Shown: one piece after another, positions 10,528 through 20,100 of the stretch
Position numbering within the stretch: the stretch's first letter is position 1
Layout of the letters: each line of letters starts with the position of its first letter
Assembly (NCBI GenBank): GCA_963666975.2
Contig: CAXVYR010000002.1
Span: 1-64,000 of the forward strand
Source: Terriglobia bacterium
GTDB lineage: Bacteria; Acidobacteriota; Terriglobia; 2-12-FULL-54-10
Direction of reading: 5' to 3'
DNA length: 64,000 nt
The notes under the pieces: generated by a model
Databases searched by the model: none
What the model saw: only the letters and a program-made list of their open reading frames with translations
Told to the model about the DNA's origin: nothing
Position numbers and translations under genes: made by a program

Positions 10528-10662
10528 ACTCACGATCAACTCACCTTTACTCACCTTTTGGTCACCTTTACTCACCTTTTGTCTAAGTTACAGATTTCCC
10601 ATAACTAAATAACTCAATAGGTGAGTAATTTATTCTCACTTGCTGAGCAAGCCAGCTCACCT
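10528..10662. repeat. Helically phased TCACCTTT array plus inverted copy (protein-binding sites or iterons)
   Basis: TCAC cores at 10530, 10541, 10551, 10562 and 10572. The 20-mer TCACCTTTACTCACCTTTTG occurs twice. Inverted AGGTGAGTA at 10619 after an AT-rich stretch. Confidence 0.75.
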
Positions 10663-10678
10663 GTAATTTGAATCTATT

Positions 10679-11131
10679 ATGCATAAGCAGTTATCCAGGG
10701 CGGCGATTGCCGAGTCAAATGAGCAAGGGGCCAAGGGCAGAGACGTTCAAGACATCCTCTGCGAGTTTGGTGATTGCCCGGCGTTGTTGCCGTGCAGGGA
10801 AGTCGAGGCGGTTTGCACCGGAGTAGAGCGAGTTTTGTTCCGGGGGTTCGGTGAGCGGCTGGTCTTTACCTTTGGTGTTGCAATCCCCCAAGAATTTGCA
10901 GGCACGAAACTTCAAATGTACGTTCGCGCACCCCCTAGCTGGAAGCGACCCCCAGTTTCGTCAAAGCTGTTCAAAGTCGTCGCAGCCGCTTGCGGTGAGT
11001 TGCCTCGCCGTCGGCGAATAACCGGGAACCTGTTCGTAGGGAAACTTTTCCTATGTCGTCTGAAGCAAGTCGGTGAGAGAAGTGCAACCTATTCGGTTGT
11101 AGAGACAATCTTGGAGAGACTAACAGGGTGA
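10679..11131 (+). CDS. Hypothetical protein, 150 aa
   Basis: First ORF after the repeat array; stop overlaps the next GTG at 11128. Confidence 0.6.
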   Translation: MHKQLSRAAIAESNEQGAKGRDVQDILCEFGDCPALLPCREVEAVCTGVERVLFRGFGERLVFTFGVAIPQEFAGTKLQMYVRAPPSWKRPPVSSKLFKVVAAACGELPRRRRITGNLFVGKLFLCRLKQVGERSATYSVVETILERLTG

Positions 11132-11184
11132 ATCGCATGACAGACACAGCACCTTTACTCATACGCTTGCCTATACCTATACCC

Positions 11185-12514
11185 CACTGCTGTCCGGCTA
11201 AAATTTCAGAACAGCCAACAAGTCTCATGAGAGCAAAAGGTTACGGGCATTGGAGCATTTTTCGATTTGAAATCCGCGAGGGCGAAAAATGGCTTTGAAC
11301 GTAAAGACTGGGGTAGGCGACAGAATAGTGCATGAACATCGGTCGCACCGTTTTCGCTCAGCTTATGGATCACGTGCCCTCGTACGAGTTTCACAAATGC
11401 GTCACGCGCTACCGTGGCGACGATCACCTGCGAAGCTTTTCTTGCTGGGACCAGTTTCTGGCGATGGCGTTCGCTCAGTTGACTTACCGCGAGAGTCTCC
11501 GCGACATCGAGGCGTGTCTGCGTTCCATGACCAGCAAACTCTACCACATCGGATTGCGCGGCAACGTGGCGCGCTCGACACTGGCCGATGCCAACGAGTC
11601 GCACGACTGGCGCATCTACGCGGACTTCGCCCAGGTGTTGATCGGCATCGCACGGCCTTTGTATGCGCGCGATCCGATCGGCGTCGATCTGGATCAGAGC
11701 CTGTACGCGCTGGACTCCACCACCATCGACCTCTGCCTCTCGCTGTTTCCGTGGGCACGATTCCGCCAACACAAGGCTGCCGTCAAACTGCATACGCTGC
11801 TGGACCTGCAGGGCAACATCCCCACGTTTCTCCGCGTCACGGCCGGTGCCGTGCACGATGTCAACATCCTCGACGAGATCGTTCCGGAAGCGGGCGCGTT
11901 CTACGTGATGGATCGCGGCTACATCGACTTCGAGCGACTCTTTGTCTTCACACTCTGCTCCGCATTTTTCGTCGTGCGGACGAAAGAGAACGTCTTGCTC
12001 CAACGCCGCTATTCTCATCCAGCAGACAGAACCAGCGGCTTGCGATCCGATCATACCGTGATCCTGACCGGGAACGCCTCGGCCAGGGCATACCCCGATC
12101 CGCTACGGCGCGTTACGTACTTCGATGCAGAAACAAACAAGCGCCTGAAGTTTCTTACCAACAATTTCGTGCTACCCGCACTCACTATCGCTCAAATCTA
12201 CAAGTGCCGCTGGCAGGTGGAACTGTTCTTCAAATGGATCAAGCAGCACCTGCGAATCAAGGCATTCTATGGCACCAGCCAAAACGCAGTGAAGACTCAA
12301 ATCTGGATCGCCGTTTCGATCTATGTACTCGTGGCCATTGTCCGGAAGCGTCTCGCTTTGGAAGCCAGCCTTTACCAAATTTTACAGATTCTCAGTGTTA
12401 CTCTTTTCGAGAAAGTGCCCATTTTACAGGCCCTGGAAGCATCGGGCTCCCAAGACGATTTAGTCAGAAATCCCAACCAGTTGATTCTGTTCGAGTTTTA
12501 ACCGGACAGCAATG
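11185..12514 (+). mobile_element. Complete IS4-family insertion sequence
   Basis: IRs CACTGCTGTCCGG / CCGGACAGCAATG. 9-bp target duplication CCTATACCC at 11176-11184 and 12515-12523. Confidence 0.93.
11332..12501 (+). CDS. IS4-family DDE transposase, 389 aa
   Basis: ALDSTTIDL, VMDRGY and YKCRWQVELFFKWIKQ (YREK motif). Confidence 0.95.
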   Translation: MNIGRTVFAQLMDHVPSYEFHKCVTRYRGDDHLRSFSCWDQFLAMAFAQLTYRESLRDIEACLRSMTSKLYHIGLRGNVARSTLADANESHDWRIYADFAQVLIGIARPLYARDPIGVDLDQSLYALDSTTIDLCLSLFPWARFRQHKAAVKLHTLLDLQGNIPTFLRVTAGAVHDVNILDEIVPEAGAFYVMDRGYIDFERLFVFTLCSAFFVVRTKENVLLQRRYSHPADRTSGLRSDHTVILTGNASARAYPDPLRRVTYFDAETNKRLKFLTNNFVLPALTIAQIYKCRWQVELFFKWIKQHLRIKAFYGTSQNAVKTQIWIAVSIYVLVAIVRKRLALEASLYQILQILSVTLFEKVPILQALEASGSQDDLVRNPNQLILFEF

Positions 12515-12811
12515 CCTATACCCATATCCGTACTCATACCAGCACCTATACCAACATCTGCCTGGAGAAGTGCCAGTGAAAAGAACATCTTGGCAGTTTT
12601 CGATGCAATAAGTTTCGGTGCAACATCACCGAAAAAACAGCAGATCAACAGGGCGGAGACGAAAGTCCCCGCCCATCTGCCTGAGTTAGGAGAAAAGAAC
12701 AAAGATGTCAAAGGGACAAGAAACGAATATCGCTCGATTGTCATTCTGGAAGCAGCAGGCGCGATCGGGCCTGTCGATGCTGTCCCAGCCCATGCAGAGT
12801 GAGGCAACAAC

Positions 12812-14170
12812 ATGAACACGAACAAAGCGGAATTCGCACGGCAGACTTTCACGGTCTCGCGTGAGCTGGAGTACTTCTCCGAAGCCGAGCTCACGACGCA
12901 GACCGGGTACGACAAGGAAGACTGGTGGCCCGGCGTGGTAGCTAAGGAACTCATCGACAATAGCTTGGACGCCTGCGAGCAAGCCGGAACGCCGCCACGC
13001 ATCGCGGTAGAGTTCCGAGGCAGCTCGCTCACCGTAGCCGACAACGGCCCCGGCCTTAGGGCCGAAGTGCTCGAGCGCATCCTGGACTTCAGCAGCCGGA
13101 CGAGCAACAAGGCCGCCTACGTCTCGCCGACGCGTGGCGCTCAGGGGAACGCGCTGAAGGTCGTCCTGGCCATTCCCTACGTGCTCGGCGGTGGGAAGGC
13201 TGGCAGGGTTGAGCTTGAGTCCGCCGGCGTCCGGCATAAGGTGGTGGTCTCGACCGACCAGGTTCTCCAGCGGCCGCAGATCAACCACCGCCAACAGCAA
13301 ATTGTAAAAAACAAGGGAACGCTCATCAGGGTGCAGGTGGATTCAGCTAGCTTAAAAAAACTCGAACCGGACCCCGGATTTTTACAAAACCTCGTCCGTG
13401 ACTACTCTTTATTCAACCCGCACGTTACCTTTAATTTACTAGTCCACGGGAAGCGCACGGCGGTGGAGGCCACCACACCGAAGTGGCAGAAGTGGCTTCC
13501 TACCGACCCGACATCCGCCCACTGGTATGACCAGGATCGGCTGGAGACCCTTATCGGCTGCTACATCGCAGCCGAGCGCGACGGTGGCAGAGTCCGTACC
13601 GTGAGGGAGTTCGTCTCCGAATTCCGTGGTCTGTCCGGCACGGGGAAGCAGAAGCAGGTGAGCGGGCGCGCCGGTCTGGAGCGGGCCTTCCTGCATGACC
13701 TCGGTCGGAACGGCAGGTTTGACCGGGAGCGCGTCACCGGACTGCTGGCTGCCATGCAGGAATTGTCCCGGCCGGTGAAGCCGGAGGCGCTAGGGTTGCT
13801 CGGCAAAGATCACTTCGCAAAACGTCTCCAGCCTGATGGTGAGACTTTCCGATACACGTTGAAGAAAGGAACTGACGGGCGCGGTCTGCCGTACCTGATC
13901 GAGTGCGCCTTCGCCATGACAAAGGATGGCGGCCCTCGCGGTCTTCATGCCGGGATCAATTGGAGCGTGCCGCTGGGTAACCCGATCAAAGACGACGCCT
14001 TCCGCATCGACGACCGGAACGAAGTTGCCGGCCTGACGGCGCTGCTGGCGAACCGGCGGATTAACCTTAACCGCGATCCGGTTTGCCTGGCGATCCACCT
14101 AGCCTGCCCGCGCTTCCGTTACTTGGATCGGGGGAAAGGCAGCATCACACTCGGGAGCGACCATGAGTGA
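12812..14170 (+). CDS. Type IIB topoisomerase B-like subunit (GHKL ATPase, Topo VI-B/Topo VIII-like)
   Basis: Bergerat motifs KELIDNSLDA, VADNGPG, RGAQGNALK and KGTLI; H2TH-like REFVSEFRGLSG; C-terminal FRYLDRGKGSI. Confidence 0.8.
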   Translation: MNTNKAEFARQTFTVSRELEYFSEAELTTQTGYDKEDWWPGVVAKELIDNSLDACEQAGTPPRIAVEFRGSSLTVADNGPGLRAEVLERILDFSSRTSNKAAYVSPTRGAQGNALKVVLAIPYVLGGGKAGRVELESAGVRHKVVVSTDQVLQRPQINHRQQQIVKNKGTLIRVQVDSASLKKLEPDPGFLQNLVRDYSLFNPHVTFNLLVHGKRTAVEATTPKWQKWLPTDPTSAHWYDQDRLETLIGCYIAAERDGGRVRTVREFVSEFRGLSGTGKQKQVSGRAGLERAFLHDLGRNGRFDRERVTGLLAAMQELSRPVKPEALGLLGKDHFAKRLQPDGETFRYTLKKGTDGRGLPYLIECAFAMTKDGGPRGLHAGINWSVPLGNPIKDDAFRIDDRNEVAGLTALLANRRINLNRDPVCLAIHLACPRFRYLDRGKGSITLGSDHE

Positions 14171-15431
14171 AGGCATCAGTGATCTTCTGGCGCAGGGCCT
14201 GCTGTCGGTCACTAAGGACTGGGCCAAGGTCAAGAAGCAAGAAGAGCGTGACAGCCGCCAGGCCGAGCGCAGCCGGGAAAGGTATTTCCGGGGATATAGC
14301 TATCGGGTGACTGCGAAAGAAGCGGCTTACGCCGTCATGCGAGAGGCTTATGAGAAAGCCAGCGGCGGCGGGTGCTACCCGGCCAATGCGCGACAGATCA
14401 TGTACGCGGCACGGCCCGCCATCCAAGAGCGGACGGGGCAAACCTTGAGCGACATTTACTTCACCCAAGTACTGCTTCCCGACTACATTCGCGAAAACCC
14501 GGAGGAAACCGCAGGCTGGGACGTGGTCTATGACGCACGCGGGCACCTATCGGAACCGCACACCGGCAAACAGATCGGCCTGGGCACCCTGGAAGTTCGA
14601 GAGTACCTCCAGGACACGGAAGAGCCGCTCGATCTCGACATCAAGTTGCCGAGCCTGGATGGAAAGTTTCCGACCCGCGGCCCCCGCAACCGCTACAGCT
14701 CCGTGCTCTACATCGAGAAGGAGGGCTTCATGACTTTGCTCGATCGGGCGAAGTTCGCCGAACGCTACGACCTGGCAATCATGTCATCGAAAGGGATGGG
14801 CACGACGGCTGCCAGGACGCTGATTGAGAGCTTCTCTGAAACGGCCACCATCTTCGTGCTGCATGACTTCGACAAGGCAGGATTCAGCATCGTAGGGACA
14901 CTGAGCCGCGACACGCGCCGTTATCAGTACACATCGGATGTCAGGGTGGTGGACCTCGGCCTGCGGCTAGCGGATGTCAAGAAGTGGAAGCTTCAAAGCG
15001 AGGCAGTTAGTTATAGCTCCGACCCGACCTGGAATCTGCGAGAGAACGGCGCCACAGCGAAAGAAATAGCATTCCTGTGCGAGAAGCGCGGCTGGCGGCC
15101 ATACCGCGGCAAACGTGTGGAACTGAACGCCTTCACCAGCGACCAGTTCGTCGATTGGTTGGACTTCAAGCTCACCAAGCATGGCGTCGAGAAAGTGATC
15201 CCAAACAAAAAAACCCTGGAACAAGCCTACCGTCGTGCCGCCGCCGTCCGACGCTACCAGGAAAGCTTGGACAGCGCCGAAGAAGAGATCAGCACATACG
15301 CGGAGGGGTTGAAACTTCCAGGGGACTTGCGCAAACAACTCGCGAAAATGCTGAGCGAAGATCCAGCGTTGCCCTGGGATAAGGCGCTGGCGCAGTTGGT
15401 AGAGGATGAAGATGAGGCAGAGGATCAATAA
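14163..15431 (+). CDS. Type IIB topoisomerase A-like subunit (WHD with putative catalytic Tyr + Toprim)
   Basis: ARQIMYAAR (R-x3-Y), YDARGHL, LYIEKEG, SSKG, VLHDFDKAG (DxD) and RVELNA. Overlaps the B gene by 8 bp. Confidence 0.82.
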   Translation: MSEGISDLLAQGLLSVTKDWAKVKKQEERDSRQAERSRERYFRGYSYRVTAKEAAYAVMREAYEKASGGGCYPANARQIMYAARPAIQERTGQTLSDIYFTQVLLPDYIRENPEETAGWDVVYDARGHLSEPHTGKQIGLGTLEVREYLQDTEEPLDLDIKLPSLDGKFPTRGPRNRYSSVLYIEKEGFMTLLDRAKFAERYDLAIMSSKGMGTTAARTLIESFSETATIFVLHDFDKAGFSIVGTLSRDTRRYQYTSDVRVVDLGLRLADVKKWKLQSEAVSYSSDPTWNLRENGATAKEIAFLCEKRGWRPYRGKRVELNAFTSDQFVDWLDFKLTKHGVEKVIPNKKTLEQAYRRAAAVRRYQESLDSAEEEISTYAEGLKLPGDLRKQLAKMLSEDPALPWDKALAQLVEDEDEAEDQ

Positions 15432-15543
15432 ATGAAAATTTCTTCATTACTATTCTGGAACGAGCTATGAGACTTGTGCCTTTTTCAAAATCAGCGGACC
15501 CAATAGCCATTCCGAGTTATGAAGCCACCCAGACTATTCCGGC

Positions 15544-15822
15544 TTGGCTGTGGGGGGAAATGTGACCCACTTCTGTCGAGGCTGTGGAAGAGATCTCCCC
15601 GCCGACTCGAAGCGACTTTTTCACGAGGAATGCCTTGCTGCCGACAAGCGGGCTCGCACGGCAGTCCGCCGGGAGAGGGAACGAAAACAGCGGCAGGAAT
15701 ACCTTGCCCGTCAGACTTGTCCACACTGCCATCGAAAAATCGGGTCAGGGCGTCTCATAAAACCATTGTGTGAAACTTCACAGGGCAGCTTCCTGCCACC
15801 GGAGGCGGCTGGGGCGATATGA
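15544..15822 (+). CDS. Small Cys-rich putative Zn-binding protein
   Basis: CRGC, HEEC and CPHC motifs; stop overlaps the excisionase ATG. Start codon uncertain. Confidence 0.5.
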   Translation: MAVGGNVTHFCRGCGRDLPADSKRLFHEECLAADKRARTAVRRERERKQRQEYLARQTCPHCHRKIGSGRLIKPLCETSQGSFLPPEAAGAI

Positions 15823-16022
15823 ACCACCAATCTCAAAATGGGAACGGCCAGGAAAGGCTGCTCAGGGCGAAGCAGGTCGCGGAAATCTTGAACTGTTCGC
15901 CGGGGTGGGTACGCGAACACGCAATCAGAAGACAACCGCGACTGCCCGCCGTGAAAATGGGCGGTTTGCTCCGATTCCGTCGCCAGGATATTGAGGACTT
16001 CATAAAATCATGGTGTCAGTAG
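15819..16022 (+). CDS. Excisionase/AlpA-like HTH protein
   Basis: LLRAKQVAEILNCSPGWV...LPAVKMGGLLRFRRQDIEDFI; lies directly upstream of the integrase. Confidence 0.88.
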   Translation: MNHQSQNGNGQERLLRAKQVAEILNCSPGWVREHAIRRQPRLPAVKMGGLLRFRRQDIEDFIKSWCQ

Positions 16023-17753
16023 TAAAATCCCCCATCGGAATGGGGGTGCATATGTCGAGAGACAGGCATCAGACCGGCTGGGTCCATGAGACCGGCAAGA
16101 GGATCAAAAAGTGGAAGGGTCATTTCTACATTTACCGCACTGGCACTGACGGAAAAGAGCGGCGCCATCATAGGGCGGTGATCATCGGGCTCAAGGCCCA
16201 GATGAGAAAGTGGGAAGCGGAAAAGCGGCTTCAGGAAATCATCTACAAGGAGAACGGCCCCACAGCGCCGAAGGCTGATAGCGATGTCACGTTCGGCTGG
16301 TTCTGGCAGTGCCGATATATTCCCATGCGGTCGGCTTCCCTGCGAGATTCCAGCAAGGCGTCATTGAAAAAAGCCGGAGATCAACTTTTGCTAGAGTTCC
16401 GAGAGGTTGCCCTCAGTAAATTCGATAAGTTTGTTTGCCAAGATTATCTCAACGGTTTGGCTGTGAAGGGGTATTCCCACTCAGTCGTCTGCAAGGCAAA
16501 AACATATCTCAAGGCTGTTCTGGCGGAAGCGGTCGAGCAAGATTACATCGACAAGAATCCGGCAAAAAAACTCGGAATGCCCGTGACTAGGGAAGTCTCG
16601 AAGCGGAGCCTCAACCCGGATGAGATCGGCAAAAGCTCTTGAACGGCATGGAAGGGAGAGATCGTCTCATCCTGCGGATTTTCCTGATTTGCGGGCTCCG
16701 GCCGGGAGTAGCTTTTTGCGCTTCAATGGAAAGACTGGACATCGGGCGAGCTGATGGTCGATGAATCTGTTTGGAAGGGCAAGGTCGGGAAGACAAAGAC
16801 TGAGGGAAGCATGGGCCAAGTGACGCTGAGCGGTTCCCTTGAATGTGAACTGAGAGAATGGCGATATGAGCGCGGGAATCCACGGAGCTTGGCCGCTAGA
16901 CGATCGCCGCCTCCATTGAACAGAAGCACCGGATGATAACAGGTGGACTCGAAGTGCCCGTTGTAGGCGCTTTTTGCTCCCCGGACCGGGATCTCAGTCG
17001 AGTCCATGTCGGCACTACCCTACGGCGAATCTATGCCCTGCCGATCAGTTCCCGGTTCAAACGTGCCAGCCCTGCGAAGTTTTCCTCCTCAGCCAGCAAC
17101 TCCGTCTCGAAGGTTTGCAACCGGGATGGCAGTGCTGCGCATTCTTCTCGGAACCGACCAGCCGGAAGGTCGGAAAGTTGCGGCAGCGTATCCAGCCGGA
17201 CTGTACACCGTTCTGCCGTAGCAGGTCCGCGAGGGGCAACCGTGTGTTCTTCCCCCGAATCGGCTAGGTGCTCTTGATGAGTTCACCGAATCCCAATCGT
17301 TCGTCCAACTCCCGCACCAGAATCAACCCTCCGTTGGAGGGGATCCGTGGAAAGCGACCTTCAACGAGGCATTAAAAGTGAGTTGAAATGGCTGATTTTG
17401 TCTCTCACCCATTCGGTGTATACCTCCGCACGCCAAATCCTCCAGGCCCTGACATTTTCCCATCGGATCGAGGCTTGCCTATTGACGGGGATATATGGCT
17501 ACGGCGCAGCCTAAAGCCAGCGGCGGAACAAGCCGAAATCAAGGGGATCACGCTCCAGGCACTTCGCCGGACATTCGCAACGCAGATGCAGAAATGTGGG
17601 ACGGTGAAGGACGCCCAGACTCAGCTCCGGCACGCCTCACCGAATCTCACCGTGAGGACGTACATGCAGGCGATACCGGACAGCGTAAAGGCTGCGGTAG
17701 AGGCTCTCGACCGGCGGATTTGCCCACCTGAGCCGAAAGGGAGGGTGCAGTGA
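16010..17753 (+). pseudogene. Tyrosine integrase, frameshifted and interrupted by IS1380 debris
   Basis: N-terminal/core-binding part 16010-16642 (..YIDKNPA), CGLRPG near 16690, KTKTEGS, and C-terminal QALRRTFAT..LRHASPNLTVRTY. Confidence 0.88.
16883..17440 (-). mobile_element. Collapsed IS1380-family fragment inside the integrase
   Basis: Reverse complement matches 26940-27680 (e.g. ATGGGTGAGAGACAAAATCAGCCATTTCAACTC; AYNGHFESTCYHPVLLFN). Confidence 0.85.
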
Positions 17754-18712
17754 AACAAATCCATATTGAATCTCTGGAAGAATCTATTAATCGAATCGAG
17801 CAGCTGATTGGGTTGATGGAAGTGAGAGCACAAATTCTTGAAGGCACAAAACCGGGAATCAAGGACGCAATAGCAATCAGATTCCCCCACATCGCAAAAC
17901 AATGGGCAAGGACCATCAGGAATCAAATTCTTCCTGGCAGACTGCCGGCAGGCCCGGATCAATCGCGCAACCTTCGTGCGCCGTTCGTCCAGGCTGGCGA
18001 TGAGCGCACGGAGTTCCTCCGTCTTGCCCTCATACCACTCCGGCGGCACCGAGGCGGCCGCCTCCTCTAAAAAGTCTTCCGTCAGATGCTCCAAGCGGCT
18101 CAAGAACGGCTCGAAGGAATCCAATCCAACGACCTTTTCATATACAGAAAGCCGCGAGTACAGGCCTCGCAACGGCGAGTCGGGAAAGTTCCACTCATTG
18201 GCATTGAAGCAAAATCCCTGATCGATCATGCTGGCCACATACCCGTAGGAATTGATTTCCGACGCCCGGTGGAAAACCGATTGCCGCGAATCGCAGTTGC
18301 AGGTCCATTTGTCGAAGACCAGGATTCCGAGGAAACTGTCCCGGTTGGCCACCGCCGGGAGCAACGCATCGGGCAGGAAGTCGTATACAGGAGTCCGCAA
18401 GGGATCGCAGGGAAAGCGCGACCCGAACTGAAATCCGCTGGCACAACGGATGCGCTCGGCGCCCAGTTGAAAATACATTTCAGGGGTGTGCTCCACGAGC
18501 CATTCGCTGACTTCCACCACCTCCGGCTCCGGCACCGGCAATCCCAGTGTCCTGGCCAGCTTCCCGGCGAGCATCTCGTTGGCCAGGATGCGGACTCCCT
18601 GTGGATTGTTTTTAAACTTCACCACATAGTAGTAGCCGTCGTCACAGCGCAACAGATGGGATTGCGCTCCCCCTCGCAGTCTCCGCACATGTTCTACCGC
18701 TTGCTTGGCCAT
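17621..18712 (-). CDS. HipA-like (HipA_2-type) kinase; native C-terminus appears replaced after about 17925
   Basis: GGAQSHL, YVVKF, LANE, FDKWTCNCDSR and IDQGFCF. After RQSARK the frame runs antisense through element ORFs. Confidence 0.85.
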   Translation of the reverse strand: MAKQAVEHVRRLRGGAQSHLLRCDDGYYYVVKFKNNPQGVRILANEMLAGKLARTLGLPVPEPEVVEVSEWLVEHTPEMYFQLGAERIRCASGFQFGSRFPCDPLRTPVYDFLPDALLPAVANRDSFLGILVFDKWTCNCDSRQSVFHRASEINSYGYVASMIDQGFCFNANEWNFPDSPLRGLYSRLSVYEKVVGLDSFEPFLSRLEHLTEDFLEEAAASVPPEWYEGKTEELRALIASLDERRTKVARLIRACRQSARKNLIPDGPCPLFCDVGESDCYCVLDSRFCAFKNLCSHFHQPNQLLDSINRFFQRFNMDLFHCTLPFGSGGQIRRSRASTAAFTLSGIACMYVLTVRFGEACRS

Positions 18713-19142
18713 CGCCTATCCGGGTATCTAAAAAGTTGTCGAAGGAAATGTAGCGAGGATGCAGGCACAGAACAAGAGGAAAAGAGGATTGGACCTGCCT
18801 GCCGCGCGGTGCCTGCAAAACAGAAACAACAACAAACGCAAACCGGAGGGACCCGCTTCATCAGCCGTAAAAGCGCTGCCCATAACTTGTTATCCTTTTG
18901 AATCAGATGCTTGCCGTTGTGCTGACTTACCTGCCCTGGCACTTTGTCCAGGAAGCGGCGCAATTCAACTTGACACCTTTTATGGGATGCGATACACCAT
19001 GCTTGACAGCCATTTTAACGGTCGTCCAGACCGTCACAATGGACTTAAGCTAAGGCCCACGCGGGGCCAGTTTAGAATCCCAGAGCTTATATATATTCCT
19101 TGGAAGAAAAAAATCGCCTCGGACTGAAGAGGAGGAGAGCAG

Positions 19143-19841
19143 ATGAGCTTTGATGAAACAAGATATTTGGCGGCAAACGACGACGATCCCTACGAAGAAG
19201 ATGAGGTGAGCAAATACCGCGAGGAACCCGAAGAGCAGTCCGAGATGGAATTGGCAGAAGAGGATGAGGAAGAGGAATTGGAAGTGTTTCCTAGCTCTTC
19301 CGCTGAGCCTTTGGAGGCCATAGAAACATTGGGGAAGCCAAAGATACCAGAGCCTGAACCTGTTCCCGTACCGCCTGCTCGGGAACCGGCCAAAGTAGCT
19401 TCGATCAGCCGTTCGAAACCGAAAGCAGCAAAAGCTACGACTAAATCCAAGACGAAACCCAAAGCCAAACGCAAAGCCAAGCCCAGGACAAAGGTTAAAG
19501 TTGTTTCCCGCCGAGGGAAAACTGCGGCGGCCAAGACAAGAAAGAAAACTGCTCGCAGCCCCGAAACCGCAGGCAAGGCGAAGAGAGCAAGCGCCCGCAA
19601 GGCCGAACGCAAAACTAAAGCAGCAGTGCGCAAAACTAAGGCCCGCAAAGGCAAACTAAAAAGGGCGGGCAGCCGTAAAGGCAAAGCTGTGGCTCGCAAA
19701 GTTGCGGCGCGCAGGGCCAAACCGAGAAGAGCGGCAAAACGCAAAACGGCTTCAGTCCGGAAGACGAAAGCCCGTAAGCGCCTCAAAAAGCCCTCGAAAC
19801 CGAAGGGCTCCCCGAGACGCACCCGATCGCGCAGAAGATAA
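19143..19841 (+). CDS. Histone H1-like/HC2-like protein with acidic N-terminus and Lys/Arg/Ala-rich tail
   Basis: Strong RBS GAGGAG; E/D-rich first ~55 aa, Pro linker, ~140 aa K/R/A-rich tail. Confidence 0.75.
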   Translation: MSFDETRYLAANDDDPYEEDEVSKYREEPEEQSEMELAEEDEEEELEVFPSSSAEPLEAIETLGKPKIPEPEPVPVPPAREPAKVASISRSKPKAAKATTKSKTKPKAKRKAKPRTKVKVVSRRGKTAAAKTRKKTARSPETAGKAKRASARKAERKTKAAVRKTKARKGKLKRAGSRKGKAVARKVAARRAKPRRAAKRKTASVRKTKARKRLKKPSKPKGSPRRTRSRRR

Positions 19842-20100
19842 CTGCCCCCCCTTAATCATTGATAATTCTGGGATAATTCTGGCCCCGTCCCCGGGGCCAG
19901 AGCTTTTATCTTCTTATCCTCATTATTCTCTATCCTCCCCGTGAATAGGCTCTCGCGAACAGCCGGATTTGCTTCCGACTGGAGAGGCTGATATTCCGTT
20001 CCACGGGTAGAAGTAAGTTTGCCCGGCTCCCCCCTGAAGGTTTATTCTAAAAAGTATCTGTCGTCAGGGGAGGCCTTTCGGCGGGCAGGAGTGGCCGCGT

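Larger units (their letters stand above)
11128..12802 (+). pseudogene. Small hypothetical gene interrupted by IS4
   Basis: Removing the IS and one target copy gives a continuous frame MNRMTDTAPLLIRLPIPIP-ISVLIPAPIP...PAHAE*. Confidence 0.5.

Noticed and set aside
11165-12552. CCTATA-type hexamers around the IS4 site as an origin
   Set aside because: Explained by the target duplication plus Pro-Ile codons of the interrupted ORF.
11289-12611. 440-aa alternative-frame ORF over the IS4 transposase
   Set aside because: Shadow frame of a GC-rich gene with no motifs. The same applies to other long overlapping or antisense ORFs (e.g. 569-1420, 30122-31114, 52151-53542).
12812-15431. Wadjet or Gabija defence system
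   Set aside because: No SMC/kleisin or UvrD partner; the GHKL plus WHD-Toprim layout fits type IIB topoisomerases.
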